From: Ophelia neglecta
Lineage: Eukaryota
DNA: 64,000 nt
Assembly (NCBI GenBank): GCA_965285935.1
Contig: OZ260666.1
Span: forward strand, 70,184,001 to 70,248,000
Direction: 5' to 3'
The translations under genes were made by a program, and so were the position numbers. The notes below the pieces were generated by a model. It did no database searches. It was given only the letters and a program-made list of their open reading frames with translations, and had not been told where the DNA came from. Shown one piece after another: positions 36,201 to 49,472 of this stretch. Position 1 is the first letter of the stretch. Each line of letters opens with the position of its first letter.

Positions 36201-38996
36201 CCGCCGCGCCTGGAGCGCAACGATTTCCATCTGATCCGACTGGTAATGCTGTAACTAATGGTAATACCTTGTTTGAAGGAGGAACAATCGTAATGCAACT
36301 GCATGTTCACCAAATGTATATTAATGCAATGAAAAGCTTTGAACATGTTGTAAATTGTTGGTAATGCATTCCAACATTATTCGTGACAAAATGTATCCGA
36401 CTGTCTATTTAATCAATAAAACAAACAATAGAAGGATATTCCTCTTTTAAAGCTATCAACATACCTATGGTTAATGTTAACCTTCGGTTGCCCGGAATAC
36501 CTTAACTCTTTTCATACAGCAAAACTCTAGTAGTTTTTAATTCTAACTTGTCTAACCATTCATAAACACGGTGCCCTCCCTTATTCCTTTCCATTTTGGT
36601 CGTTAAACATGCAGAAACAATATATTAACCGATTAGTTTATCTATCCCAATTTCAACCCTAAACAAGATGGAAAAATTGCACTTAATATGAATGTCATCT
36701 GGAACGTGACATTCGCACACTCATCCATGGCCTAAGAAAAAACATCCAAATTGGACAAGTGCAGTTTGTTGAATTTCGTCAAACTAATAAACCCTTCGAA
36801 AAAGTCTGCCATTTTTTTACACAAACCATCTGGTTACGTTTACGCTGCGTACTTGGCGAATGAAATGTTCCCATCTTGGATACGTTTCTCTTTCTTGTTC
36901 TAAAAGACAGGTAATTAATCCTGTGTGTGTTTACGACGAGGCATCAAACGGCATCACGCTCGACCGTCGTAATCAGACAAACAAATCAATGGTCGAACAG
37001 ACTCTTTGAGAACACACAGCTGTTATGATTCAGTATAAGCGGCGCACCGCGAACATTGCTTCGGAGCCTTGCAGCAGATGGCTTGTACGCAAAACCGTTT
37101 GATGTTTAGAGGTGAATAAAAAGGGATGAATAAATAAATGACATATTTATGGTAGCGTGAGAAATATGCCACTTGACTGTGATTTGTCTTGTCCCATGAG
37201 CCAACGATTCAGGAAATGTTGATTATGTACTGAAATCAGTCAGAAGAGTATTATTTCAAAATGTTATGTACAATTAAACGTTCCACCTGCCTGCAGTCAC
37301 TTTCTACGATGAACAAGAAAAATGAAATGCAAACAAAGGAAAATGGTCGTTCAAGAACAGTGTATAAATCAGCTGTTGTTACCAGGATCTATTAAATGTA
37401 GACCCACACACCATTTGCCAGGCAATTGAACATATGTATAGAACGAACTGATAAAATCTGATATTACTAATGAGACAATAGTTGCCCAGGATGAGATTCA
37501 AACACACAAAACAAGATGAGTCTCTAGTCAAAGTCCAAAGGGGATGCGATATGCCCGGAGTCAACAGATAAGGAAACTCCGAGAAAATCATACTCTCATG
37601 GGTTATCACATTAATAGCTTTACAACATTATAAGGTTGACATATTTGTAATGACGCATAACGTGTTTAACTAGGTCACGTGAGTAAAAGTTATCCTGAGC
37701 CTCCTAGTAAGCGAAGTATTAGTTTAATAAAAATCATCGAAAATGCTCTCTTATAAACCAGCCAATTTCAATTTCAATCCCCCCCGGAGGGTGTTTCTTA
37801 GTTCACTACATAATTGAAGAGGGAGATTGACTGTACCTCAATGATCTGATAGTGGAAGTTCGCCGACGTGGTCCTAAGTGACAGATTACTGCGTTTATAC
37901 AACCTGACATGACCTTTCAGATCAATAAGAGGCGGATGATCCAGTCAGAGTTTATAATGACCACATTGATTTTAACAGGTTACAATGCATTGTGGGAAAA
38001 AACAGATCAGCTTGCCACCATCATGGCACGGAAGAATTATCTGCTAAATTTGAAGCAAAAAGACACGGTTAAACCGTTATACACCAATCGAGTTATGTAT
38101 GACTACCCATAGCGTGGTACTAAATATTGATAAATGTGCTTGAAATAACGTTGAACACCTGACCATTACCTCTACATTATTTTGCCCGGTTATGCAGAAC
38201 AACTTATAAACAGCGTATAAAATATGATATATAGGCGTACATGCATGTGAATTTTATCGGTATATTCTAGACGGATGCCCTATCAATAACAATACTTATT
38301 AATAATGACGTGATTAAAAAAAAGCAGCATGACACAATGACATGGGCAAAGCAAACAAGAAGCTTTAAATACAAAGAGTATGATATAGTGGTCGATGAAC
38401 GATTAAACAGGGAATGTAAAATGGCAGACCCCCTGATCATCCGACCACCATTGATTTATTCAACTCTGTCAACGAAAGTGTCTTGCTGAACAGTAGTAAT
38501 TAAATTATGAGCTAACGGAGTAGAATATTCGCATGCCCTCTGATAGTGAATAGATACCCAGGCCTAATGCCTGTATGGTGGCCAGTAGATTTTAGATACC
38601 TAAGGGTATATAAAAAACATTGCTTGTGACGACAAAGCAGCTACTTTATTATCCGTCACATGTTTTGTAGTACTTTTCTTTCTGTTATTAATGAAAGAAA
38701 GAATGACATGGCGAATCAAATGACCAGCAAGGGATAACTAATGGGAAGAACGCAACCATTACTTGCGGCATATTTTATAAAAGGCAATCATTTGAGATCC
38801 TTATTAATTAACTTAGTGGTAAAATAATCATAACTTTAACAAAACCTGTAAATGCCTTAAGATACCCCCACCCCCTACCCCACAATTAATTGCCGTCAAA
38901 AACGCTTCATAATACAATAATACAATGTTACAATTAAGTTATATTTGTCACTAGCAACAGATAACGAACATGATTAATACAAGAGTAAGCTGCTGT

Positions 38997-39200
38997 CAGT
39001 GCCACTCACCAAAATGCAGGGCAGTTCGCCACGGACTGGCTTTTTTTTACCTCCCCCAGCCAGAAGACGAAATTCTTCCTTTGTATCGTAAATACCACAA
39101 AGAGTTTTGCACCCAAAGCACGCCCTCTCACCGGCTTGTGATATTGTTGGTAGATGATTAAGCTGAAGCGGAGACTGCTGCCTCCGGAAAGTGAGTCTTA
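38997..39200 (-). repeat. Family E, copy 1: diverged paralogue of 59459-59646, exon-like
   Basis: Shared blocks cagtg.cact.acc, c.acggactgg, ccggct.g.gata, gat.att.agctgaag and actgctg. Confidence 0.75.
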
Positions 39201-41960
39201 GATGTATACCATTTAGAATTGACGAAGTACATGTGCTCAATCGCACATGAAACGGAGAGGGAACCTAGATGATGGTGAAACCAGTTCCAGTTCCTTACGC
39301 CATTCCAAATGCTCCCACTTCCAAACCATTACAGATGGAAATGTTACTGTGTCACTATCTTCTGCCGATGTTTAAAGTAAGGACAATTTCAGGTGGCATA
39401 ACATAATGGAGGTCTAATCCACATTTCTCGGTCACTGAAAATGACAATAGTTCAACCGTCTACATACAGAAGGAGCTCTTGATGCATCTAATACAAAGAT
39501 AAAACTTGGTAATTTCAATACATTACAGGCAACGTATCCTGGAAACAACGCCAGAAGCCTTCGAGCGATGAGCGAGCTTTGTGGCTCCCACACTCATCCA
39601 AGGCTTTACAACATGCCTCGATGTTGAGTCTGATTGTGCCTTGAACAAGCGGCAGTGTTTAAAAAACGAAGGGAACGTTGCCATTCAATGTCGAATATCG
39701 TGATAGCCAAATAATAAATGTCAGCTGTGTAAGTTCTGTATTGGATCAAATGTCCGTCTCACTGCTAGTAAACAATGGTAAACCCATATGACCCTTCTTC
39801 CTGGTCTTATCAATAAGGTAGTTCCTGAGCACGGACTCGGGGTTATTGTATGCTGTAATGTAATTGCGTTTGCTATAACAATGCAGGAAGTTATGATACG
39901 AAACTTTCTGGTCGAATTGCCTATCAAAAGTACGTACAGGAAATAATAGTTTGTTAGATTCAATGCCATTCGGTTTATTTATACTGATAGCAAAAAGGCC
40001 GTTCTATTAAAGCCCACTATCGATTCGTTACAAAAATTGGCTCTAGCTAGGTATACATTCCCGTTTTTTGACAGTGTAATTTCAGAACCAACATCGTACA
40101 TACAACAGTCAACATTCGCATCTATAGCATAACAACCTTCACCAATTTCTCACATATAAATAAACAAAGCATATATAAAACTGTTCCGTCATTGGGCAAA
40201 CTCACTCCAACACAATCAAGGCACCACACTTAAATGAGAATTCATGTGTAACTGGCAACCATATTGGACTTTCTTATACCGTATGGCCACTACGGTGTAT
40301 GCTTGAAGCGAAGGAATAATCTAGCAAATATGGACTGTAAGCGTTTTTTTCGGTAATGAATATATTTTCAGCACGTCAGTGGATAGACATTGACTGAACA
40401 AACATGAGAGCGATGGCGGCACTTTTTAATGTATTAAAATCTAAAAGTACAGAAGGGAATATAAACATGTGATTATTTCATAATCGGCGACCGTTTTACG
40501 GCTCACGGCATCATGATTTTTCATCAATAGTAACCATCCTCAGCAACAACCGCAATTAATTCTATACTTAGCTAACACACAACAAACAGGCCAAACTAAC
40601 TCTATTGCAATAAAACACTCCTCCCAGTGTAAATAAAGTTGTCTTTTGTGTAAATGGAGATAAATCACTGTTGTCTTCTTTTGATATTGTATCGGTCTTT
40701 TTTCTACTTTATTTTGCAAGAACATGGACTCTCACAGCTACTCAGGAATTTTCACTGGATTGTTGCTACACGCGCACGCGCATGCTGCTGATGGCCGTGA
40801 ACGACCACTGGATGGGCCACTTACGGATGGCGGCCCTATACGCTGATCTCACGCGAGTGTCTAGTAATATCCTGACGAGGTAACGCCGGCCAGGCCAATG
40901 TGGAAGACTTCCTACGCTAGCCGCCTGTGCAGTAATTCCCTGGGAACCCACTTAGGGTACAGCAATATGTCGTATACAAAGCACAGGTGTAGGGACATGC
41001 TGAATAGCGATACTGACAATGCTATGTCAGTGACAAGGACTGTGAAGCGGGTGGTGGGCAAGGATGTGTGAATGGTAGTTTTCAAGAGAGCCCGAGTCGT
41101 CATACTTACGCCCTCGTATTCATTTTAATGATGATGATAATAATCAGAAAGCTCCTTTCACAGTAACGATGCCGCTATTTGGTGTTATATTCCGAAAACA
41201 AATGTTTTGTAACCAGGCCTTTTTTTCACTACTTTTCAGTTAATATAACTTGCTGTAATGAATTATGTTGTGATAGTCAATACGGAACAAATATCAAGCA
41301 TGTCTTCCTATTGTTGAGCAACAATGTTCTTTGATCAATAATATGGATTATTTATTCGGCAAGATGCATCAACAAACTTTGGGTCAATGCCACAAGTGTA
41401 ATGAGATTGAGTTCATGCATATAACAAGTTCTTGACCAATGAAATAATTAGGACCCTAGGGGGTTTGAACGACAAACAGTGTACTTGGCGGTCCAAGCAT
41501 AAACGCCATATCAGATTTCCTGGGAATACAGCACACAGTGCTTGGTATGATGATCTAAACGGATATTATCAAGTCAAACGGATTCTAGAAGCGATGGTCA
41601 ACTCCGATACCAGACAAATGGATATTACTATATTAAGGCATTATTCTCACAATAGGACTAATATACCCTTCACTATAGCAAAATGAATAAAAACAAATCT
41701 TACACAATAAGCAAAAAACATCCTTCAAAAGAACCCCATTGTATCCTTAGTTAATGAGACATTCAATATCATATCCTCCTATCACCGTTTAGGTCTGCAA
41801 AGGTATGTATAACGATGGCTTATTTAGCACCAGGTTATAACAATGTATGTTAAGCGCAGAAAATTATCTTCATTCCTTTTTTGTTAATGGTGTTTTTTGT
41901 ACCACTTGAACATTTTTATCTTTGCTTTTCGGTCTGAAATCGATATCATTCTCATGATGT

Positions 41961-42058
41961 ATCTATCACGAGCAGACACCCATTGATTGACTGATGGCTT
42001 CCTTCATGATATATCGCATCGCTGATAAATCTCGACTGCATTATTAATATCGATCCTA
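41961..42058. repeat. Old interspersed repeat, family D, copy 2
   Basis: Aligns to 55-150. Confidence 0.75.
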
Positions 42059-43113
42059 AAATGGCTGGCTTGGTCTTTGAAGTAAACTGGAATAGATATA
42101 TTATTATTGTAACTGATTGGAAAGTATTAAATGGTTTGTTGGACTTCTGTTTATAATTCTACGACTATAGGTGTCAACAACTGACTCCTCAACACAGATT
42201 TCTTTAAACACAAACGGTTGGTTCTAGCTTGAATGTTTTGTGGATATATATGCGTTGAAAAGCATGCGCTGTTCCAAGGAACATTATTTACCATGAAAAC
42301 TAGGTTTGAATAGGTTAATCTTATTCAAGACAATTTAACGAAGTTTGTATTTTCCTAAATCTACTGTTTTACAATTTTGATAATACGCACTGTTTCAATG
42401 TTTCGGTGTGTATGACCTAAAATGAAATAATTATTTATTATTGAAAAAAACAATTCTCTATTTGTCGATTGGCCTTTGAACCATTTGCGTTTCCAATGAC
42501 TTCGCTTTTCTCGTTTAACTTGTCCCCTGTCGTCATGATGGTCACTTATATGCCTCCCTGGAGTTTATATATTTATAATTTTTAACCACAGCTTTGAGTC
42601 CCCAGATGTCCGTTATGTACCTAGCTGGTATCGCACGCAAATTGACCTAGATTCAAGAATCGACTCAGCGGTTACCAATGTGCAAGATTGTGAATCAGGA
42701 GACAACAAAAAATTTATATACGTTTTACAAGAAATACTTATGACATGGGTCAAACTGAAAGGTGTTGTCGCTAAAATACTGGTCTTCCTTCCAAATACAA
42801 AACCCAGTTTTTTCTTGAAGAAATCTTCCTTTCATTTTTTACCTTTATATAAAATAAAAAAAACCGGTCGCTTTGACCGGTCGCACCATTGGTCGCACCA
42901 TTGGACGTCTCCAAACTGATCGTTGAAAGTGTCAGGGTTATAATGGCTTTTGCCCGATCACACCGCAGGTCGTTCAATCATCTGTTAGCAATGGCAGTGA
43001 CACATTATCTAGGATCAGGCCACTCGAACTTATACAAATACTTTTGCCCATTTTTCACTTAATACACATTGCTGAGGACATATATTCAGACTGGCGACCT
43101 CTTCCCTTGACAC

Positions 43114-43195
43114 AGAGTGGATACCACACAGGCAAGGTGAAATCGGTAATCAAGAAAAGTTCAATAAATCTTATCGAAATCTTCAGGAAGCAGCA
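43114..43195 (+). repeat. Old interspersed repeat, family A, copy
   Basis: Aligns to 7425-7510. Confidence 0.75.
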
Positions 43196-46096
43196 TCAGC
43201 AAGTCCATATAAATCAATCCCCGACTCCTAAGCAGTGAATGTACATGTAGTGAAAATGTTTATGTCGTTTTCTACTAATCGATGTCTTAGATCAACGCAT
43301 TTTTATTAATTTCTCACATCATTTCATATCAGGGTAATTAATCTTATTTCTAGAAATGTTAAGCTTCTGAATGGACTGTTTTAGCTATCGATTCTTCATT
43401 GAGTCTTATAATCGAACCATTATAAGGCCACCTACTTTTGGGTTCGCAAACATGTCTCCCATTTGAACAATTGTATTGGCAATTAACTGTTATCCATCCA
43501 TAAGCTTGAAATTCCTTTATTGTTTGGCTCTGCAAACACGTATAGGAATCAATACCAGCAATCTCAGAAACTATTCAATAATAAGATAATGTTGGAAAGG
43601 CAAGGATTATGATCTCCGTACGTTCAATGAAGCCTACTCTCACAAAGCAACCATATTGAGGTGAGATCAATCAACAAGATATGCCAGTGCTAAGCAATGA
43701 TCGGGTTTCGAGATGATTAATATGGCATTGGGGATAAGTTTCTACTCATTGTCTACTAATTCTCCTAAAAATGGCATTGTTGCTGACCTGATAACAATCA
43801 TAACGTTATGTGGGCCTTAAAATAACAATGCTGAGTTCAAGAGTTATGTACCCTGTGCCCAAAAAGAATTGACCCAGTGGAAGGTTCGTTTAGTAGTAAT
43901 AGACATTTATCTGTACATTAAGGCAACACTTGGGAATACTAATATGGAATTCTGGTCGAGATCTTCCCAAAGTGGGTCACAAAATACCTAGGAAACCAGC
44001 GGATTAAAGAAAAGCTATTTTAAAGAGTGTGACAAACAATGAATTTAATTCGAAATACAGGGAATGTGAAGGTGTATATTACACAGATTCCTTGCTCACA
44101 AGAAACTATATATGGCTATTCTATCAATGATCTCTACCGAATTGCACTGCCACTTTCCAGCCGCTTACAAACATTGATCAAGAAAACAGACATTGGTTCA
44201 TCAAGCTTCAAGGATCCATTTTCCAGGCCTAGTTCCCATATTTCGACTTTGCTCCTATTTGTCCTGTAATTGCGGTTTCATGTTACATTACACGTTATAT
44301 ATATCATTCCCATCACGTGATTATATCAAGGATAGTCCTTACTCAAAGTGTATTGGTGGATCCAGTTGTCTGTTTTACGAGGAGAAAAATGAGCAATGAT
44401 AAAGTAGCCGTTCACTCCACATTATGGGTTTGTGTCACATTAGTTAAGTTCTTGTGACACCACCACTTTCTCTATATGAAAATATTTACCAAATGCAAAA
44501 GTCAAGAGGTATGGGGGTATAGGGTGTCATAGAAACGATTCAGAAGTAAAACCATGGCTTGTCCTCACATGGAGCCCTTGTTTCGAAAGTACAGTGGTTC
44601 CAGTACAATTGCAAACACACTTCCAAAGTACATTATAAGATTAAGTTAAACTAATAGTGATAGGTTTGTATTACTGCTAAAATAATGCCTCACACTTTAT
44701 TAAAAGCTCCCCAATGTGATGTATAAATGTACGCACCAACTTACCATGTTTCTACATACGGCAAAAACTTGCCTGAAGTTTACATTAGATCAATATCTTC
44801 ACGACGACGTGGGAAATAATTTATTGCATTATATGATACTTTCAAACGTCACTGAAAACATTTCAGTCGAAGTACATAATACCAGATCGAATTATATGTT
44901 GGTATTTTCCAAGCAACAACGACCAGCTTATTGCACATCGTTTAAGTTGATTTCATATCACTGCGTTTACAAGGGCGGTCTGTAATAACTATAAACAAAT
45001 CCATGATTAACAGGACCAATTAAAACTTATTACTTTGGAATGTATAATTTATTTTCCTTGTATGACGTTCACAGGCATTAATACCATAGTCGTGAGTAAC
45101 AGATATAGTATTAAAACAAGGGAACAGACCATATATACATTATTACATTAGACTCATAAAGATTGACACTTGGACACACAGAAACATCTACGTTAACAGC
45201 AAAATAAAAGGTTGCTTTCCAAAATAAATAAACCGAACCACAGAAAGACAAATGTAACTACGGACATTCAATACTGATGCAATGTTAGTATATCGATTAC
45301 CGTTCTTCCTAACAGAAATGCTGTCACATATACTAAGAAATGTGATATTTAGATTATTATTGTTCATCATTATACATAAACGCCATGGATACAATGGTAA
45401 GATTGATGCCATGCATATATAGTCAATTTGGATACATCTTCATCTCGAGATCAATGGCGCTGTATGGCGAATGATTATATTCAGTTGTCTCATCTTAAAT
45501 ATGATTCCAAACGGACAGAGCCACAATCGAACAACACTAGCTGCTGGCTCTATTCAATTTTTCATTGTGATATGTGCATACTGGCTGCAAAAAATCGACC
45601 ACTATGTGATTGCGGAGAAGTCTTATTTTCAAGGAAGACATTTCGCAAACGGATTCATTACGAAATAATGTATATACGATGACATTGTTTTTAATATATA
45701 TGGTTTATAGGATCAATAAAATGATCTTCTATACTCAAGAATGATTTAAACAGTTTTCGCTATGATGTTGAATAAACCGCTGAATTCAACGCTGTTGTCA
45801 TCGATATCGCATTGTAAATGGTTAGCACTGTCACACAAATGAAGAAACCCCTCCAGTGCCTTCTTTAACAAACGTATATATAATTGACAATCAAAACTAA
45901 TAATTCCTATAATATTAAAACTACAATTTTTTCAGATGTTAACAGCGAAATACATCTGACTTAGATGAGCTTATTCTCTACCATTCCAACTTTGTATCAT
46001 GATATGCGTTTAAAGTAAGCAACCAATGCCACTCTGAAGCTAGTAAATTGCCATGTTAGTTCAACCGACTACGGAGCAATACGAGTCTACCATCGT

Positions 46097-46270
46097 AGAT
46101 CGTTATCGGGTTGATCGATTTGACACTCGCTGATTGACCAGAGAAGTCGGCAATAGATTGACGCTGATTTGTATAAAACTTGTGTTCGTGATGGCATTAT
46201 TTGCTACGATAAAAATCACATATGAGTAGTAATGGTGCCATTCATCTTCGTTTCAATTGACAAATAGTGA
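46097..46270. repeat. Old interspersed repeat, family B, copy 2
   Basis: Aligns to 2846-2995. Confidence 0.75.
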
Positions 46271-46554
46271 CCTTGAGCTAGGCTAGACGAAACGGCATAG
46301 TGGTAAGAAAGCCAAGCAGATAAAATGAATAAATAATTCTGCAACTTTTTGAAGAGTAGGAACTTGTTTCAGCATAAGACAAATGCAACGGTCGTATTTC
46401 GTCGTAAAAGAATGTACGATGAAAACCGAACAAAAATCTGACAAAAGAATTATACTACAATGCAGAAATACTTTTTACCATATATACAGACAAGTAAAAG
46501 TATTCGACCGAGTTGGTCAAAATTTACTGCAGTATAGGAATTTTTCAACGTGTG

Positions 46555-46774
46555 AGGTCACGTGTGATTCACAAATTTATTGTAGGTTGAATGGCTTGGA
46601 AATTTCCTAAGGGTTAAATGGTCTACATGATCCAAAGCAAAACAGGCTGGAGCGTTGAATGGTCATGGCGAGATACAAGTTAATCACCCGTGTTTTACTG
46701 GAAAGCCTCGTGACCTGTGACCTGCGGACGAACATAAAGTGACATCGTTGACGTCATTGCTTACCTTTTGACCT
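46555..46774. promoter_or_regulatory. Candidate cis-regulatory motif cluster (E-box, DR1, CRE, DR2)
   Basis: AGGTCACGTG 46555-46564; TGACCTgTGACCT 46711-46723; TGACGTCA 46749-46756; TTACCTttTGACCT 46761-46774. Motif matches only. Confidence 0.35.
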
Positions 46775-47529
46775 CTTGCTAGCTAAAGATTCCCGTTTAT
46801 TTAAAACATACGCCAACGGAATTTTCAGGGCATAATCACAATGAATTTCATCACAATCCTAAACTTTGTTCTACAGCTCAGTCACTCTGTTAAACAAGTA
46901 CGACTGAGAGTTATCAATATTGATAAAATTAGACTGTGAAGTGGTTAGATTCAAACATATAATAAGATTAATACTATATCCTTAGCCTGGTTATTTTAGT
47001 CACGATCAAATGCAAGAAACAGATTGTAACTGCTACTGACCGCTTTGGTCTGTACAACTTTGCCGGCGCCAAGATTGGCGAGGATTGCAGACATTTTGTT
47101 TGGAGTTGGCGGCAAATTGTGACTAACGATGCGTTTCTTAGATATGTCTTACTGCTGTATTGATGAGCCCACAGAGGTTGGTAAGCTTAGATTATAAGTT
47201 GTCTGCTTTTATGATGTAACAGTTTTAAAGTTGTAATTACATGGAATATTCGTTCTTTTTGTAGTTTTTACGAGCTTGAGCTTGAGCTTGTCTCTGGGCT
47301 GCTTGGTAGAGCACCATAAAGTTGCGTTAGAGATGGAGTTCTTGTACATCGACCTACTCTTGGATTGTCAAATTATGCGTTGTTATGGCTCAAAAAAAGC
47401 TCCGTTGGAAACATGTTGGCTTCAACTTCAATACACGCAAGGGCAGTTACACAAATGATTATTCCCAGCAGGTAGAGGGTCTGTATATGTCCCTTTTAAC
47501 AGTCTGAACGTTTAGATTTGATATATAAA

Positions 47530-47746
47530 TACTGTAAATCAGTACCATAGCGCGAGCAGCAATGTTTTTTAAACTTTCGCGTTAATCTCCGATTTGGGAA
47601 AAAAAACTCGTTGGCTGTATGCGAATTTCCAACGTAGCCAAACTTTCCCAAAGAAATCTTTTCTTGTTCGTTCTCAGCGAAAAAGAAAATTGGCGTGGCG
47701 AAATTTTAATGGAACGCGAAATATTCTTGCCAGCGAAATTTCAGTA
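47530..47746. mobile_element. Degenerate TACTGTA...CAGTA type MITE
   Basis: Begins tactgtaaatc and ends gcgaaatttcagta, with TTTCGC motifs on the left and GCGAAA motifs on the right. Confidence 0.45.
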
Positions 47747-48313
47747 GGGAGTATAGAAATAGTGTTTCCTAACAAAAATATTTTTTCGTTAGATACCGAT
47801 CATTTCCGTTATTCGAAAGTAAATATTCAATCGGGGATAATGTCTCGTGATAATGTCTTAAAATCATATGTTAAAATGTTCGTATGGCCTTTGTCAATTG
47901 TGGTTGATCGCGTCGTTAGTAAACGCATTGGATGTCCGAAATAATCAATATGCGCTTACTAGCCATTGGCAAGATGTTAGTAGGCCGTAGCTTGGCAGGC
48001 AAAATATCTTTTTATAGAAGCTTATGACTAATTCATACCTAACATTTACATGTTTCTATTCATGAGCTTTCATGAAGATACACATTGATCAAACCCGGAA
48101 GGATCATTGGCCTGCAGAGAATGTGGTCATACATTGACCTTATTGCAGACACTACAGCCAGAGGGACTAAAATGCCTTGCACCAAACCAGACATTGGATT
48201 CAGTTTGTGCTTGTCAAACGTTATATCAGGACACACGTTCGTCAAAAATTCATGGCAAAAATAATAAGTTTGACATTTGTCTTTTGATCTAAATCCCTTG
48301 TTTATTATCGAAC

Positions 48314-48405
48314 ATGATTGACTTTTCACTGCGGATTACCACATATTCCTGTTGGTTTATTGGTGATCCGTCTTCATTTGATCGGGTTTATTGGGTGACA
48401 TCGAT
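48314..48405. repeat. Old interspersed repeat, family C, copy 2
   Basis: Aligns to 3251-3340. Confidence 0.65.
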
Positions 48406-49423
48406 AAAGGCCATATGATTGATGGAAAGTCTCGCAGTCGCGAGTGGCCAGCTACTCATCATAGATGTAGGAGGATCACGTTTATGTGAAACGATTAGAA
48501 TGAGATACCAAGCACTGCAAACGACGTTCGCAAAATTCATACAACGGTTTTTTTCCTTATGATTTGGAATCTGAACGGACGTAATCCGTCATATCAAAGG
48601 GTATATGTGAAAGAAAATAATCTTTAAACTAATAAGATATCCAGCAGTGAAAATAAATTCACCAAGGTATGACATATAATCAGTACCCTATGGATTAAAT
48701 GGAAACAGCAATTATGGTAATAGCTAAAATACTCCTTCCTGGAGAAAGATGATGTTGTTCATGCCGTGATACACCAGGTGCCCAAAAGAGCTGGAAAACA
48801 CCGATCAGGCGTTGGAAACATACAAAATGTTAAAGGCACAACAGTGATGATATCTGAAAAATCAGAAAACTATTTGCTACTCCAGTTTCTTTCATCCTTT
48901 TCACTATATGCCTTCCAGCACTCGCTCGTGATAGTGCAAAATATTATATTATTCAAAACTGACGAGCATAAAATCGCTGGAAGGCACATCAGGTGCCCAA
49001 GGGTTAAATGGTAATGGTCAAAGTTCTAAGTAATTAGCCACAGGGAAACATATAAGGAATCAGGATTAACCAAGGCAAAGCCTAGCTGTGTTAAGGTTTT
49101 CCAACTGTTTCAGGGGGTCAGGTGTGGTACGTGGATACTTAATCAGTATTGAATGGCTGTCAAAACTTGGAGAATAGTTAATGTCAGGCAACAACCAAAA
49201 GACAGTCTCGACAAAAGGTGGGTTCTTACTCATGTGCCAAAGATCTTCATTGCTATGCGATCAATGATAACCATAACGTAGACATCATGAATAGTATGGC
49301 ACCGTTTGTACCATCCACATGCTCTATGCAAATAGAGACGGATTTCATTAGAATATGGTCATTCTACTTAGTATTCAAGTTGAGCACAGAATGTTCGTAC
49401 AGGGCACAAGTCAAAATACAATG

Positions 49424-49472
49424 CCCCCCCCCCACCTCCCCCGTTCCTCCAACCCCCAGACCCCCCCCCCCC
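49424..49472. repeat. Poly-C low-complexity tract
   Basis: Several C runs read directly. Confidence 0.85.

Noticed and set aside
36480-36600. VYEWLDKLEL, a SAM-domain-like peptide on the minus strand
   Set aside because: Needs a frameshift, meets a stop immediately, and no further SAM helices are recognisable.
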